A stretch of DNA of 37,471 nt from Thelocarpon superellum (lineage: Eukaryota), in the NCBI GenBank assembly GCA_026025795.1, contig JAPEUG010000011.1, positions 62,001 through 99,471 of the forward strand, given 5' to 3'. A model generated the notes under the pieces. It was not told the origin of the DNA. It did not search any database and worked only from the letters and a program-made list of their open reading frames with translations. Made by a program: the position numbers and the translations under genes. This document shows positions 36,883 through 37,471 of this stretch, piece after piece; the stretch's first letter is position 1, and every line of letters begins with the position of its first letter.

Positions 36883-37471
36883 CGAGCGTGGCGTGAGTGG
36901 TGTTCGCAAGCCGGGGCAACTGTTGTGGTGGTATAACTGCTCGAGATTATTATTGCTCGTCGATTTGCGTAAAATTTGGGCCGGCCGCGAGCCTAATTAG
37001 CAGTGCAGATTGCACACTTCCCACATATCACGGGTCGTGCGAGGACAAGTCGCAAATCTCAATGTGACGGGCGCTCCAGAGGGTGACACGGCCAACACCT
37101 GGTGGCGTCGTCTAGCCTTAGGTTAGGTAATCTAACGATGAAATGTCTCGGTGCCGATTCAGCCAAGCGAATGTTCGAATCTTAGCTGGACTGGGGCCTG
37201 TCCGGCTACATGCACCCATTTCTTCCAGCTGGCCATGGTAACACCCGGCAACCGCCACGATCCGGCCGCCTAGTGGTCGTCTATCATTTCGATCTCTCCC
37301 CAGTCGCGGCTGCAATTACCGTCCGGGAATTCACGTTGGGAAGCGGACGGTGGGCGTTTGTTTCCCGTCGATCGGAAGGGTTCGTATCCGGATGCAGGTC
37401 GATCTGAAACATGTGGTTTCATCTCGATCTGTGCTGACTGCCGGATCGGTGTTGTCGCAGTGCCGTCGATC

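Noticed and set aside
37118..37128. TTAGGTTAGG telomere-like word
   Set aside because: Only two units, and not TTAGGG.
1..37471. tRNA, rRNA, CRISPR arrays or intact transposons
   Set aside because: I recognised no cloverleaf, rRNA sequence, repeat-spacer array, transposase or RT ORF, or terminal repeats. Small ncRNAs cannot be excluded without an Infernal/Rfam scan.

Overview
This is GC-rich, intron-containing DNA from a filamentous ascomycete (Pezizomycotina-type GT-AG introns with CTRAY branch points). It is mostly a core-gene neighbourhood. In order: ATG33-like (-), peroxisomal 2,4-dienoyl-CoA reductase SPS19 (+), a Zn(II)2Cys6 protein with an extra putative WRKY/GCM1/FAR1-like zinc domain (+), a TMEM184/DUF300 membrane protein (+), arginine-specific carbamoyl-phosphate synthase small subunit CPA1/arg-2 (+), homoserine O-acetyltransferase MET2 (-), an S10 serine carboxypeptidase (+), a Ysc84/SYLF protein (+), THO2 (-) and a hypothetical protein (-). 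The best hidden feature, missed by the ORF track, is the arginine attenuator peptide uORF upstream of CPA1. It is split by two introns into 33-, 13- and 29-nt exons and encodes MRDSPTVYTSQDYISDHLWKASVN. Between the Ysc84-like gene and THO2 lies a small accessory island: a frameshifted NLR-type TPR relic, a possibly RIP-mutated secreted-protein relic and microsatellites. The first ~3.7 kb has no recognisable conserved gene. I built all exon structures by eye and ran no database searches.
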